A stretch of DNA of 64,000 nucleotides, taken from NCBI GenBank assembly GCA_030390025.1, contig CM059437.1, positions 15,748,001 through 15,812,000 of the forward strand. Reading direction: 5' to 3'. The notes under the pieces were generated by a model that searched no databases, was not told the DNA's origin, and was given only the letters and a program-made list of their open reading frames with translations. This document shows, in pieces, positions 1-13,469 of the stretch. This stretch comes from Squalus acanthias (lineage: Eukaryota). The position numbers and the translations under genes were made by a program. How positions within the stretch are numbered: position 1 is the stretch's first letter; every line of letters starts with the position of its first letter.

Positions 1-3000
1 CTAGCCCAAAGCTTTAATGCTCAATAACTGGAGCATCTACTTTAATAACAAAACCCTTACCAAAACCTGGGTCCTGTCATGAAACAAATTAATGCAAATC
101 TGCACAAAGAGCTGGATCTAAACGATAATTAGAGGACCTGAATAGGAATACAGATAGGCTACAATTCCAACCTTGTGGAGTTTTTAATATTCGATTTCCT
201 TAGGAAGTTTCATTTAGAGAAAGGAGCTGCTTTCCTATAGCATCGTACAATCGCTTTTTTTTTTATATGGAAATTTTTTTTTTCAAAAGTTCAGGAAAAT
301 AAAGTTTTTAAGGGTACGCGACTGTTGAATATTTCAGGTAGAACTTGCATTTTTTTTAATTAAAAACTGCTGACTGCAAATTTAAATGTTAAATCTGAAT
401 TACAGATTTTGCAAAGCTTTAGCTATAATGGTTTACAGTAATGATTGCTGTGTGAGTGTGGAATAGTTTAGAACGGGGTTTGAAATGCAGGGAAATTGCT
501 TTTGTGAGATTGTGATTAGTTAGGTGGCTGGGCAATAATGGTATCAAGAGTATCTGCACCAGGAGGGAATGTCTCTTATTCAGTGTACCGTGAATTACTA
601 GCACAAACAAAAATCATTAAACTGCAAATCTACACTTCACTGAGCCCGGGACCCGCATCATCTCTGATAGGACAATCAGCAAGTTTTTTCTCGTTGAGTA
701 TACCAATACTACGTTATACAGTCAAGCCAGGATACTAGCTGATCGAGCTTAAGCTATTCAGTCAGGTTAATCATCAGGCTCCTAATGCAACTCCTTACAT
801 TGAATAGGCATTTTTAGTCGAAACTCCACAAAATACAAATGTGCACAAGGCATTTTATTTGGAGGATGATTGATCCATTATCAGTTTGTGGTGCACTGTG
901 GGCCTATCAGGAAACATGTATTTCATGCACTATGATCTGATTTATTCTGTTTGCTTTTGTTAATAAAAAGTTATTGCAGGTAGTTGCATCAGAGAAGTAG
1001 GTCAGTACAATTCACTTTACTTACACTTAAGAACTCTAGCATAGTCATAACACATTACGTGAACATTTTTTATACAAGATAAATTCCTTCCCCTCCCCCC
1101 CAACCACCACCCCACTTATTGCTACACTCCGTGAGAGCAACCCATGGGTAAGTATCCTTAGCCAGTGGCAACTCAAGTGGCCATTCTTTGCATCAGCCAA
1201 GACAGTGAGATAGTAGCTAACCAACCCTGGAGTCCATCCCACCCAACTCCAATCCTTCCCTCGCCCAAAATCCACACATTCACTTCCAGCAAGTATAACT
1301 GGATAGAGATCAGATGGGAGATTGAACCCCATTTTAGCAACCCCATCCCAGCACAGAGCAGGAAGTAAATTTGGGACTTGAATAATTCTAAACATTAATT
1401 AGGTTAAAATTTACACATTAATTAGGTTAAAAGATTCAGGCTTCATTATCACCAAGTTTCCATTATAGTGAATGCAAATACAGAATTAGTCACAAACTGA
1501 AATCTGCTCACTCTTCCACTTAAGATGCCCACTGGATTCGATAAATCCAATACTCCTACCTTTGTGGTACTACCAGGCTCATGTGAGCTTGTATTGCACA
1601 AGACACAAAGCAGTAGGGTATCACCAAAGACAATTAGCTTTTTCTCTAGCGAGGATGCCAGTTGGTGAAGCCTCCCCAGTACTCCTACACACAATGTTTC
1701 AGGTATAAGTGTACTTTAAAACAAGGTCAGTTTAAATGTACTGGAATGGAGAATGTGGGAATAGATTCCAATTTGTAGAAACCCATTCAGCTTAGCAGAT
1801 GGCAAATCTTAACAGTGGGCACGGGCAGGACCATTATTGAAAATATTTAACATTTTCAATTCAAATAGACCCTTTTGCCCAAATTACCCTTGAGAATAAA
1901 TGAGGCCCCAAGTATTTACTACCAAGTGAACAACTTTAAGATTACAGGAGCAGGCTCTTTTACTTTGAGTAGGAAGCACACTGCAGTGCAGTCTCAATAG
2001 AGCACAAACTCCCCATCATGTCAGTTGACTTTTGAGTACATACTGGCTCAGGATTTAACTAAATTTAAATATTTGCAGAGCCTGAAATAAGCACTATTGT
2101 TCTATTTTACTAGTGCACGATAGACATACCAGCAGTACCTAGTCACTGAAATGCTGTGATGCAACAAGGCAGTCATTTCCATTAGTCTGACTGAATACAA
2201 AGAATAATTTGGAAACTGGACCTCAAGATAGAAGGGTGAGGTGTACCATAAGTAATAATTCAGACAGTATATGGCCCCATTCCTAGTAACAAGTTCAGAA
2301 TTAAAAGTGCAATTGCTTTATAGCACAAGATGGGGATGCTGGGATCTATGCTACATGCCCAGAACATTCAAAACTAACAGTATAGGAACATTTCCAATTG
2401 GAAAATGACACGACTGTAACGAGAGACATTCTTCCTGTTGGGTGTAGCATGCAGCCAATAGTGTAACGACTGTTAAGTGATGCTTTTACACGTTTATATT
2501 TACAGATTTTTAAATGTTTTTGATGCTTTTATATTCAATGCAGTGGTGTGCAGGACCAAGGTACACGTGGATATTTATACAGAGTACGCCTGTATTGGTT
2601 AGCTACTTGCCTCATAGCTTGTAAAAAGTGAAACCTTGTTGGAAGATTGCATTTTATGCTGCATAAATTTAGTTAATTTTGATACGGTTTGAAAATTGCA
2701 CAGCTTTGTAACTGAAGGAGGTTCAGCCATCGTCCATTCCAAAGGGCTTCTGGTTCTGGAAAGCAAATGTGACCAAGGCAGCCACGTTCTGATTTTACAA
2801 CCATTTTATTATGCAGCAGTTTCAGTAAAGCACCAGCATAATACTGCATTACTAGTTGATGGGCTGCACTCTATCAATGGCTGCCTGGGAACACTGAAGC
2901 ACTTAGTGGGAGGCGGGTTTAAAAAAAAGTACAAAATGTTACTGGCTTATAGGAACTCATCGGAATGAAGTTACAACACAAAAAGCGTCAGAGGTCCATT

Positions 3001-3170
3001 TTACAGGCACTGCTTGACCGGTACAAAAATGCTTATTGATATTTACATTGTAATTTGGTGCTTCTGTTCCATTTGGGACCACATTTGTACCAGAGCCAAT
3101 ACACATCATGTACAAGTCTCGCTGTAGATGTTTTGCATTGAAAAATAAATAAAACAAAACTGATCCCTAC
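1..3170 (+). other. Probable 3' UTR of a convergent plus-strand gene (SMARCD2 lies tail-to-tail with PSMC5 in human; identity not verifiable here)
   Basis: U-rich, repeat-poor sequence with no credible ORF; AATAAA at 962-967 and overlapping AATAAATAAA at 3144-3153. Gene identity is a synteny inference only. Confidence 0.45.
3144..3153 (+). terminator. Overlapping AATAAA polyadenylation signals of the plus-strand 3' UTR
   Basis: ttttgcattgaaaAATAAATAAAac at the end of the UTR-like region. Confidence 0.5.
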
Positions 3171-3859
3171 CGTATTTATTTCACAACTACTAATTTTGCA
3201 GGGGTGGGACAGAATTGGGTGAAACAGACGGCAGTAATTTCTGCAGGGGTTCTCCTACCATAACTTCCACGAAAAACCCTAGCGGGCTTCTCCTCAAAAC
3301 TCCCGCAGAAAGTCTGCTTCACCCAGATTATATTACTTGCATTTAAAAAAGTTAAGAGTAATATTGGGTGCAAAAAATCGAGAGCCTTACTGTTCCATCC
3401 CGGATTGGACAGTTTCACTGTCTTTAGACAGATAGAATGAACACTTCCTCCTCATTGCTGTTAACCCAAGTAAAACAATTTTGAGAGAAATCATTTATCA
3501 TGCAAAATGTAGGTTTACTGGACTAATACTGCGCAGACTTAATGGGAGGGAATAACCTATTTTCAATGTTTTATAAAAAGTCATCACAATAACCATCGGC
3601 TTTCCTGCGGGGGGGGGGGGCAAGATAGTAGAAATAGATTAAATTTGGTTCAAGCCTAAAGCTAGAAACCCGAAAAAAGGTCCTAAAGTGTCAAGCCCAG
3701 TCCCGGCGCACAAGTAACCTGACCCAGGTGGTCCAAATGAAACTCTCTTCAGAGAGATCGCTAAACACTATAACTCGTTATGTGTAGCAATAACCACCAA
3801 GTTACGATGAACACAATTAATAACTTTACAGTATTGAGTCTCAAGTGGTTTTATGAACA

Positions 3860-3865
3860 TTTATT
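3860..3865 (-). terminator. PSMC5: PSMC5 polyadenylation signal
   Basis: tttatt on plus = AATAAA on minus, about 90 nt past the TAA stop. Confidence 0.75.
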
Positions 3866-3951
3866 AAAGACAGGAAAGCTTACAATGATTTGATATTTTC
3901 GAACAGTAAAATCTCCCAACAGCCAGCTTACAGCAACCTCATGACATGCAT

Positions 3952-4005
3952 TTACTTCCAAAGCTTCTTGATGGACATGTTCTTTTCACTGTCCTTCTGC
4001 ATAAC
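3952..4005 (-). CDS. PSMC5: PSMC5 exon 12 (VMQKDSEKNMSIKKLWK*)
   Basis: Manual translation matches the PSMC5 C-terminus; AG acceptor at 4006-4007; TAA at 3952-3954. Confidence 0.97.
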   Translation of the reverse strand, partial: VMQKDSEKNMSIKKLWK

Positions 4006-4245
4006 CTACAATTAAGGAAAAGGATTTATTGATAATCACCATGAACAGCAAAGCATAACTAAGTGTCCGACAAAGCAACCTTTATTAAAATTAACCCTCA
4101 TAGATACACATGGGTTCTAAAAACAAACTAGAAGAACTGTTTTATTATTGGAAAAAATACATGTACCAAGTGAAAAATTCTAGATATGCCAATGGGGTGG
4201 CTTATGAGTCAATTTCCCTGCTCATGGAGTGGCCACCAAGACATG

Positions 4246-4428
4246 ATGCGGAGATGCCGGTGTTGGACTGGGGTGGACAAATGTGAGAAGTCGCACAACA
4301 CCAGGTTATAGTCCAACAGCTTTATTTGAAATCACAAGCTTTCGGAGCTGACTTCACCTGACGAAGGAGCAGCGCTCCGAAAGCTTGTGATTTCAAATAA
4401 AGCTGTTGGACTATAACCTGGTGTTGTG
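4246..4428. mobile_element. Fold-back Penelope-like fragment, family A copy 1
   Basis: Inverted arms; 12-bp TSD CACCAAGACATG at 4234-4245 and 4429-4440; hammerhead core followed by AATAAA. Confidence 0.8.
4354..4390 (+). ncRNA. Minimal type I hammerhead ribozyme motif
   Basis: tcac-CTGACGA-a-GGAGC(agc)GCTCC-GAAA-GCTT-gtga: core boxes, stem II, stem I tcac/gtga, palindromic AGCT stem III. Confidence 0.75.
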
Positions 4429-4467
4429 CACCAAGACATGGGAGAGTCTGTCACATGCCAATTACCA

Positions 4468-4690
4468 AAGTGTTGTGAATTTTTGGAATTCTCTACCCCC
4501 AAAGTGCTGTGGATGCTGAGTCGATGAGTATATTCAAGGCTGAATTTTTGGAATCAAGGGATATGGGAATCGGGGGCCGGGGGGAAATGGAGTTGAGGTC
4601 AAAGATCAGCCATGATCTTATTGAATGGCAGAGCAGACTCGAGGGGCCATATGGCCTAATCCTGCTCCTAATTCTTATATTCCTCTCATA
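4468..4690 (+). mobile_element. CR1 LINE 3' end fragment
   Basis: Similar to the 3' end of the CR1 copy ending at 26130 (gctgtggatgctgag...aagatcagccatgatctta...cctgctcctaattcttat). Confidence 0.75.
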
Positions 4691-4794
4691 CCTATAAAGT
4701 CATAGAGAGATAGTGCCTAATGTATTCCAGCAAAACACCAGGAATAGCTTCCTTCAGGACAGCTTTTATTTCTGGCACTTGTGCATAGAAATTA

Positions 4795-5250
4795 ATAATA
4801 AGTCATAGAGTCAGAACGGCACAGAAGGAGGCCATTCGGCCCATCAAGTCCGTGCTGGCTCTCTGTAGAGTAATCTAGTCAGTCCCATTCCCCCGCTCTA
4901 TTCCCTGCAAGTGCCTATCCAGTCTCCCCTTGAAAACATTGAGTGTCTCCGCTTCCACCACTCCAGTCGGCAGCGAGTTCCACGTCCTCACCACTCACTA
5001 CGTAAAAAAGATTTTCCTCACATCCCCCTGTATCTCTTGCCCAAAACCTTAAATCTGTGTCCCCTAGTCGGAACAGCCTTTCCCCGTCTAGCCTATCCAA
5101 ACCAGTCATAATCTTGTACAGGTCTATCAAGTCACCCCTCAACCTCCTTTGCTCTAATGAAAACAAATCCAGCTGCTCCAACCTGTCCTTGTAACTAAGA
5201 TTCCCCCATACCCGGAACCATTCTGGTAAATCTCCTCTGCACCCTCTCAA
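4795..5250 (-). mobile_element. CR1 LINE 3' fragment
   Basis: ORF 4915-5250 contains LSYKDRLEQLDLFSLEQRRLRGDLIDLYKIMTG, a CR1 ORF2 C-terminal motif. Confidence 0.85.
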
Positions 5251-5289
5251 GGGTGTGAAAAGTCATGGAGAGAAAGTTGGTTGAGAGAC

Positions 5290-6160
5290 AGGAAATGAAC
5301 AGTTTGTGTAAATTGGTGTTGCTCAGATTGAAGGGTTGAAAATGTGTATCCCGAGGGCAGTGCTGGAGCCACTTTTGTGCGTGTGGACTGTAAAAGACTT
5401 CAGCAAGACAGACAAGTTGACAGAATGGATAGACAAGTGGAAGGTGCAATTTAATGTAGAAAAAATGTGAGGAACACATTTTGGGCAGGGAAAAAAAAAA
5501 GGAAATGTATTGGAAAGACACTGCAGGGTGTGGATGAAGAGAGGGATCTAGGGGTTCAAATTCCCTGAAAGTGCAGGCAAATACAGCCAAATAAAAAGGC
5601 CAACAGCATTTTGGGTTTTATAAATAAGGTTGTAAGAGTACAAGAGCAAAGAAGTTAAAAAAGCAATTGTACAAAACATTGGTTAGACCTTGGTTAGAGT
5701 AGTTTTAGGTGCCCCATTATAGAAAATACATTAAACGTATAGAGTATACAGTATAGATTCACCAGGATGATGTTAGTAGTTATGAAAACAGACTAGATAT
5801 TAGGATTATTTCCACAGGAACAGGGAAGGTTAAAAAGATCTAATAGACATCTTTAAAATGATTAAGGGTTTTGGTAGAGTGAATAGCAAGACTATTTCTT
5901 CTGGTACGGGAGTCAATGGTGAGGAGATCATCAATTTAAAATAGTCACTTGAATGAGGAGAGAGATGAGGAGAAATTTCTTTACAAGGAGGGTTGCTGGT
6001 GCATGGAATGCTTTGCCATAAGGAGTTCTTGACGCAGAGATCACTGCATCTTTCAAGGCCAAATTGGACCAATACTAGAAACAGAGGGAGATACAGGGTA
6101 TCGGATTCGTTTTGGATTGCCGTCCAAATGGCCTGCTATGCTACAAATCTCTGATTATAA
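5290..6160 (+). mobile_element. Old degenerate CR1 LINE fragment
   Basis: Decayed RT and C-terminal motifs (cagggcagtgctggagccact, gaatggatagacaagtgg, gattcaccaggatgat, gagaaatttctttaca). Confidence 0.6.
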
Positions 6161-6414
6161 GAAACCAGATAGGAGGCCAGCCTATTGTTCCCTCTTTGCC
6201 ATCCCCAAGCTTCTGGCCACATATGATTCCAGTAACCTGTCTCACACATTCACAACTTGTATCTCAATATTTCTTTTGATGTCAACATTATACAAAGTCT
6301 GAATATTCTACCTAAAATAGAACAGTTTTGCGATGAAGCGTATGGATTTCGTACGAGAAAAATTTCCAACACCTTATTGCTTTTGGTCAAGAAAAATGAC
6401 AGAATTCTCAATCA

Positions 6415-6567
<153 letters not shown>

Positions 6568-7018
6568 CTAGTACTGCAGACAGCAGTTAATCACAGCAAT
6601 GCAGATATAATGCATGTACTCCGTTCTTAGTAGGTTGTATTGGAAACGTTTAATAAGCTACACAATTGAGAGGCTTTGCTGATCTACCATCCAGTCAGAT
6701 TTAGCCAGTTGGCAAACTAACAAATTAAACAAGGCAATTAATTTTTCACAATAAAACAAATCTAACTTAGTGCAGAACTTCACAATTAAAAGGAGACTGC
6801 AGGTTTGCTTTGAACAATTTGACTTAATATGCAAGTGCAAAGTATCTAAATTGCCAATATCTTTCGGCTTTACCACTTGGTTGGAGCAGATTCAAGTGTT
6901 AGGAAAGACTATTGCGGTGTATGATGTCCTATACTATTTACACATTTAGAGGAAAAAAACAGTCATGGACTTGGCAGTGGTGCAGTTTCCAATCAGCAGA
7001 GTTAAGATAATTGGGTTA

Positions 7019-7234
<216 letters not shown>

Positions 7235-7899
7235 TCAAGCAGATTGGCTTTTGTGAGAGGCCGTGTGTTGGATTGGATTTGCAGCACTCAAAGCGGAGTC
7301 TGGGAACACTTGGCTTTTAAGCAAAATAACGTTAGTCACCAACTACGTGGAATTTCAGAAGTTACTGTGAATCAAAGTGCTGTGGCCAACTAATAACTTT
7401 TGCTGGAGCTGCAAAAAATATCACTGCTGCTTTGGAAACTAATGTTTAAGAGTGGCAACTTTTAAATTAAATAGTTCTAAGTAATAAAGAAACTACATGA
7501 AGCTTCCTTAAACAGGTACAGAGCTCCTATTTACCAGTTATGGTTCATAAAGATGCCCAGGGAATTTACTGTCCCACCCTGATGGCTTACACTGTCCCAC
7601 CCACGCCACCCCTAACAACAAACTAAAAGCAGAGTACAGTCGCAGGATATCATCTGTGACTAATGAGTAGAACAGGACCAAAGTAAACAGATGCAGAGTT
7701 TCCATTTACAAACACAGATGTTGAACTACTGCCATCAAAAACAAAGGGCAAGTATCTTTCCAACGAACTTTATCATTTTATGATTGAACGCTGATGCTGC
7801 AAGATAAGTCTAAAACAGTTGGCTTCTTGAATTTCATCGTGAAATGATAACGTCAAAAAAAAAAATCATTGCGGTCGCCCGATACAATTCCAAACTCAC

Positions 7900-7998
7900 C
7901 GCTTCATTTGGAGGAGGGAATTCAATTTTCCTGTCAATTCGCCCTGGTCGCAGCAACGCAGGATCCAGGATGTCAATTCTGTTGGTTGCCATGATTAC
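7900..7998 (-). CDS. PSMC5: PSMC5 exon 9 ([33 protein letters not shown]; AAA second region of homology)
   Basis: 99 nt within ORF 7834-8154; AG/GT bounded. Confidence 0.97.
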
Positions 7999-8368
7999 CT
8001 GCGCCAAACATGGAAACAGATAAAAAGCTTGAATCATCGGTCTGCAGAGCCAATAATAATTTAGATTCTGTTCAGGACCCACACGGATTATTTTCATTTC
8101 TCTCTGGCCTGACACCAACCACATATTTATTCCTCTAGCTCCCTGTTCAATCAATCAATCAGGGAGACTCCTTCTCTCATCTACCAGACTAATGCCAGGA
8201 ACCATAGCTAGGCTAGGACTCCGATGTATGCACAAAGGGATGTACTTCTCCACATAACCAACCATGGCCTAATGCAAAGAAGACAGCCTCCAGTGAAGAA
8301 ATTACTTACTACTTTTTTTCACCAGTGTTGTGGCCTAGAGGAAGAGAAGCTCACCTCCATGTACCCTA

Positions 8369-8827
<459 letters not shown>

Positions 8828-8985
8828 CTACAGATTTTTGCTTGCTAAATCTGTCAGTGAGGATGTTTCCTGTTAACGGCACAGATTATTTTGGCCAATT
8901 TCCACCATTTGGGAAAGAGGAGGATAATTAAAGCCATCTCGCCTAATCCACATTTATTCTAAGCTAAAAGAAACTTCAAAGTCGA

Positions 8986-9088
8986 GAAATAACAACAGAA
9001 AACGCTGGAAAAACTCAGCAGGCCAGGCAGCATCCGTGGAGAGAGAAACAGAGTTAACGTTTCAGGTCGAAAACCTTTCATCAGACCT
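8986..9088 (-). mobile_element. Penelope-like fragment, family B, single arm with hammerhead motif at 9052-9088
   Basis: Minus strand reads aggt-CTGATGA-a-AGGT(tttcg)ACCT-GAAA-CGTT-aact; homologous to 43144-43368. Confidence 0.7.
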
Positions 9089-9149
9089 TATTTTTGAAGA
9101 GTCAGACGTCTGTCAACCGATCCTTTTGATCAGATTAAAGGCTGTAACT

Positions 9150-10190
9150 TTCCAATGGCTCAGTAGGTAACAGAAACAACCTAGTGGTGCTGGGTAATTC
9201 AGACCAGGATAGTACCAGGTTTGAGCTGAATTGGCTCAAAAGATTTTCAAACAGAGGTCCCCAGGGAGTCGGAGATCATATTCCTCTATTTTCAATATTT
9301 ATTCGTTTACCAGCATGTAATTTCTATTGCTGAATACCAAGACATTTTTCTGCAATGATAGAACTGATTCCTTTGGATAGCTGGCAAACTGGTCCCTGGA
9401 AGTGTGTCAATATTTGTAAGGGGTCCTCAGGAGTGTGTTGATATTTGCAAGGAGTCACCCACACAGAAATATTTCAAAACCATTGGATTAGGAGATCTCA
9501 GCCATAGCAGTGATACGCGACTACAATGGCCTCAGTGTTTCCCATGCTAGGGAAAGGAGCGGGATAAAAGGTCAAGATTCTTACTCCTCATTAGTATCCA
9601 GTAAAACCCACTGAAAGTATTAGTGTCTAGACATCAGGTAAAGAAAGCAGGCTTGGCTTTGACATCTCTTCTTTGCCTCACTGTTGAGTTTCCTAACACT
9701 CACAGACATATGAAGAATAATCACTTGGACATAGTGGAGGGCTGCTGACACCCATGGAATTGTACCTCAGCATGGATCATTGCTTTCAGAAGACAGGAAA
9801 TAGCAAGAACTGAAAAATAAAATATAGCCTGTACCTCACCCCCAGATGTCTTATTCATGTAATGGTCCAACTTTTGATCCACTCATATCTCAGATCTGCA
9901 GTGAGTTAGTTGATCTCAGCCGGACCCAGAGAGGCTACAACTAGCCTCGATGCTCTGCCCTGAACGGGGGGGGGGGGGGGGGGGGGGGTGGTTGGAGCAA
10001 ACCAGCCTGGATTCCTATCCGATGTCCCTTGCTAGAAAATGCTCAGCTGTGAATGTCAAATGAGGACAGGATCAGGCTTGGTTCAGATACCCCCAGATGG
10101 GCTAATGGACCGCACACACACGGTCAAGACTCACATGAATAACAGGCACTTGAATGAGAATCCAGAGGGCTGCCAATGCCCTTGGAACAA
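9150..10190 (+). mobile_element. Degenerate ancient SINE-like repeats (two pieces), possibly with a decayed hAT-like insert at 9237-9485
   Basis: Shared motifs with 30995-31390 (ttccaatggctcagt; cacccatggaat; ttcaggaaagg-like tail). Confidence 0.45.
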
Positions 10191-10324
10191 TACCCAGACA
10201 CAAATAATCAACTCTAGAAAAGGGAAGACAACCAGGGGGAGAAGAAACAAAAATAGTGGACAAACTCCGTTAGTTACATAATGCACACAACACAATGTAG
10301 TCTCTGCTTGGCTCAAGTCTGAAA

Positions 10325-10470
10325 CACACTCACTTGAGTCAGAAGGTTGTGGGTTCAATCCAACTCCACGACTTGGACGTTTAACCTAGGCTGGCATTGC
10401 AGTGCAGTCTGAGGGAGTGCTACATTGACAAAGATGCCAACCTTCAGAGGAAACATTAAACAGAGGCCTC
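10325..10470 (+). mobile_element. 5' part of a tRNA-derived SINE
   Basis: tcagaaggttgtgggttcaa...gcagtgcag matches the SINE at 36915-37360. Confidence 0.7.
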
Positions 10471-10480
10471 AAGCACATAC

Positions 10481-10607
10481 CTTCACCAATGAATTTCTGT
10501 ACAAGTTCAGAACCAGATACGCGGATGAAAGTGCAGTCAGTGTGGTGAGCCACAGCTCTTGCTAGCAGTGTCTTCCCGGTGCCTGGAGGTCCATATAGCA
10601 GCACACC
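10481..10607 (-). CDS. PSMC5: PSMC5 exon 7 (Walker A GPPGTGKT)
   Basis: 127 nt, [42 protein letters not shown]; AG/GT bounded. Confidence 0.97.
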
Positions 10608-13469
10608 CTACAATATATTAAATGTACAGATGAGATCTAATGGCGATCAGTAAAACTCTGTGGGAGCAAACTTTACAACAGATTTTCTGCCTTTAACAAT
10701 AGATGCAAAGACTATATCAGGTTTAACTCAGTCACAGAGGATTTAGCCCTGTCAAAAGAGTTTGTTAGGAACATTTTAGCTGCATCAGTTAGAATTTCTA
10801 GAACCTTTTGTATTTGAGAAAATAAATTGACAACTTTTTTTTTAAGTATATGGCCAACCATAAGTAACCCTAGACCAACATCATCTACTCAAAAGCAGCA
10901 CAAACTACAGGCCTATTGCTATTGCCACCAATACCATAGAACACATTCCCCTCTCGCACAATGTGGAAAATACAGGGGAGCTGCCCAGCACTTTGAAAGT
11001 ACCTGAAAGTACCAGAAGCACAAGCGTTAGCCAGCAACATTCATGCAGAGGAAGTGGAACATTAAAGGGTATTCATTTTAACTGATGTTCACCAATAAAT
11101 TTCCAGCTGGTAACCTTTCAGTTATTACTGATTTTTTAAAACCAGAAAACTGGCAAACTTGCCAAATCGTACAAGTTACCAAAAATCTCCAAACTGAGGA
11201 GTGAAATCTTTCCGACACAAGGAACAACGACGTGCATTCATATAGCGCCTTTAATGTAGCAAAATTGTCCCAAGGCGTTTGGGACGTTTTACTACTTGGG
11301 AATGGTTTGCAAATGCAGGTTATTGCTGATCTGGTGCAAGTATCAAGATAAAAAAAACCCAGTTCCAGCGATATACAACAGAGCATCAATATGTGGTGCC
11401 ATAGAGTGATGAGACAAGGATTGTCCACATCAAAAAAAAACAACTCCTCTGCGCTCCCAATCTCCTCCACAATGCCAAGGGGAGGTATTGAGCGGAGGCC
11501 AGGCACTTACCCATAGAAAGGAATTTTAAAAAGATCAATGAAAAAAACAGAACTGTTGCCCTTTGTTCCTTATGACTGATCATTGCTAAAGCAAATACAT
11601 TTGATGTTCCCAGCGTTTGATAGATCGGTCACAGAATTTTCTTGCCAGAGAAATTGGATCCTAACTCCTGCAAAATTCTAGGAGGCTCATTATAAATCTA
11701 TTACGACACTGAATTAAACAACTAATTTCACTTAACAACATCATATTGTTAAAGGGCTATAAATGAACCTTATTGGACTGGAAGTGATTGTGGGCCAGGA
11801 AAACACACAGCAACAGGCCGAGAAACCAAAAGTCACTGATATTTGAATGGAAGAAATGTGCAAAACTCAGACTCCCTTTACTATAGCATTCTAGCAAGAA
11901 GCTTGTAATTTAGCCTTGAAACCACATTTAATTTCTGGCTTGGCAATAGCCTATTTTGTCGCACATTTAGCAGAGTGCCGCTTACAAACGCAAGTAGCTT
12001 TTGGCTCCCTGTCCTCATCAAACGAGTTTATTCAGCTCTAATAAACATGACACATTGTAAAGTGTGTAAATAAAAGTAATTTGATGGTAAAACACTTTGC
12101 AGAGTTTTAATCTTCAAGGAACTCCTGTCTTGAGGTGCCCTAGCAGCCAAAGGGTAGCGAGTTAGAATAATCAGATTTTCAAAGTGCTCTGTTCTGGAGA
12201 TTTCTTCCAGTTAAGCTTGGTTACCAATCAACATTTGATATTTATTTTCAAACCTTTTGAATAAAATGGGTGAAAAACTAGACATGCCTGTGTGGCAAGA
12301 ACTGAACATTTCCATAAACATCAGGCACACAGTGGGACTGTACACCAAGTACTTGGATGTTATACAGATCAGTTGCCAGCCAGCACTTTCCGCACCAGCT
12401 AGATTTTCCCTGAAATGAATAAACTGCTTCCTATAGTGAGTAACCAATTACAGATTAGAAAAATCAGTAAAAGCAAGTAACACAGTTTAAAATTGAAATT
12501 CTATCATCTGGGTGGGGCAGGGAGCTGGAAGTGGAGAGAAGGGCGGAGGAATGAGCATTTTGAGTGAACCTTTTCTGAACACGGTTCCAAGGCACTCAAA
12601 CTCACTGTTCAAAACAATAAGTACCTCGGTGACTACTTGCACTTCTGAAAGATTTTAAGTATGAATCGAGGAGGATATTCATTTTCATATTCTTGTACCG
12701 CAATTTTTCTATATCACATTTTCCCCTTCGTAAAGGATTTAAAATGGGCCAGATAATAATGATCTTCACTTTAAGGCAGTGAACATAAACACATTGCCAC
12801 ACAGTGCCGGAAATCCAGAACTACAAGACACAACACAAGAGTTTTTAATTCAACTGGATACCAAGTTTTAAAAATCGCACCAGAAATTAAATCATGAAGT
12901 ATGGACAGAATACTACATTTTGAATAGAGTTTCAGCTGGCCTGGCTAGCGCAGTACTGGAGCAATGTAGTTCATTAGACATTAAATAAAATGCTTTCAAT
13001 GGATAGAAGAATGATGCTAAAAAAAAAATGATGTTACCCAAACCAAGCTCCCTCATAGGTGGGCACCCAGAGTCTACAGCTGGAAGTATCCTCCAACCTA
13101 TTTGGAGCATTTTACAATTTTTGGCAATGTTTTCGCAATTGCTTGTGGGAGTGAGACCTCATGCTGTAGCATTTAAATTCCCTGCTGCCGAACTCAAACA
13201 TAAACTTATGCTCAATACATTTTTTGGGGGCGCGTATGATACAAATGAACAGGGTTGCAGCTGGCAGCCGGTGAAGTTCGCACACTGCCTCTCTACAAAA
13301 GCAGAATCCATGAGCAAACCCCATCTGCACCAGGGACTTCAGCCTCAAGTTTCACTTGGAGAAGCAAATCCAAACACCAATACAGCAATTTTGGCAAGGG
13401 AGAAAGGAAAACAAAAAATAAGGAAACATTTAACCACTAACTCATCAATTATAAATCTATTAAATTAAT

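Noticed and set aside
1391-1432. Short tandem duplications (acattaattaggttaaaa x2; cgataaatgta x3 at 30595-30641)
   Set aside because: Ordinary slippage duplications with no evidence of function.
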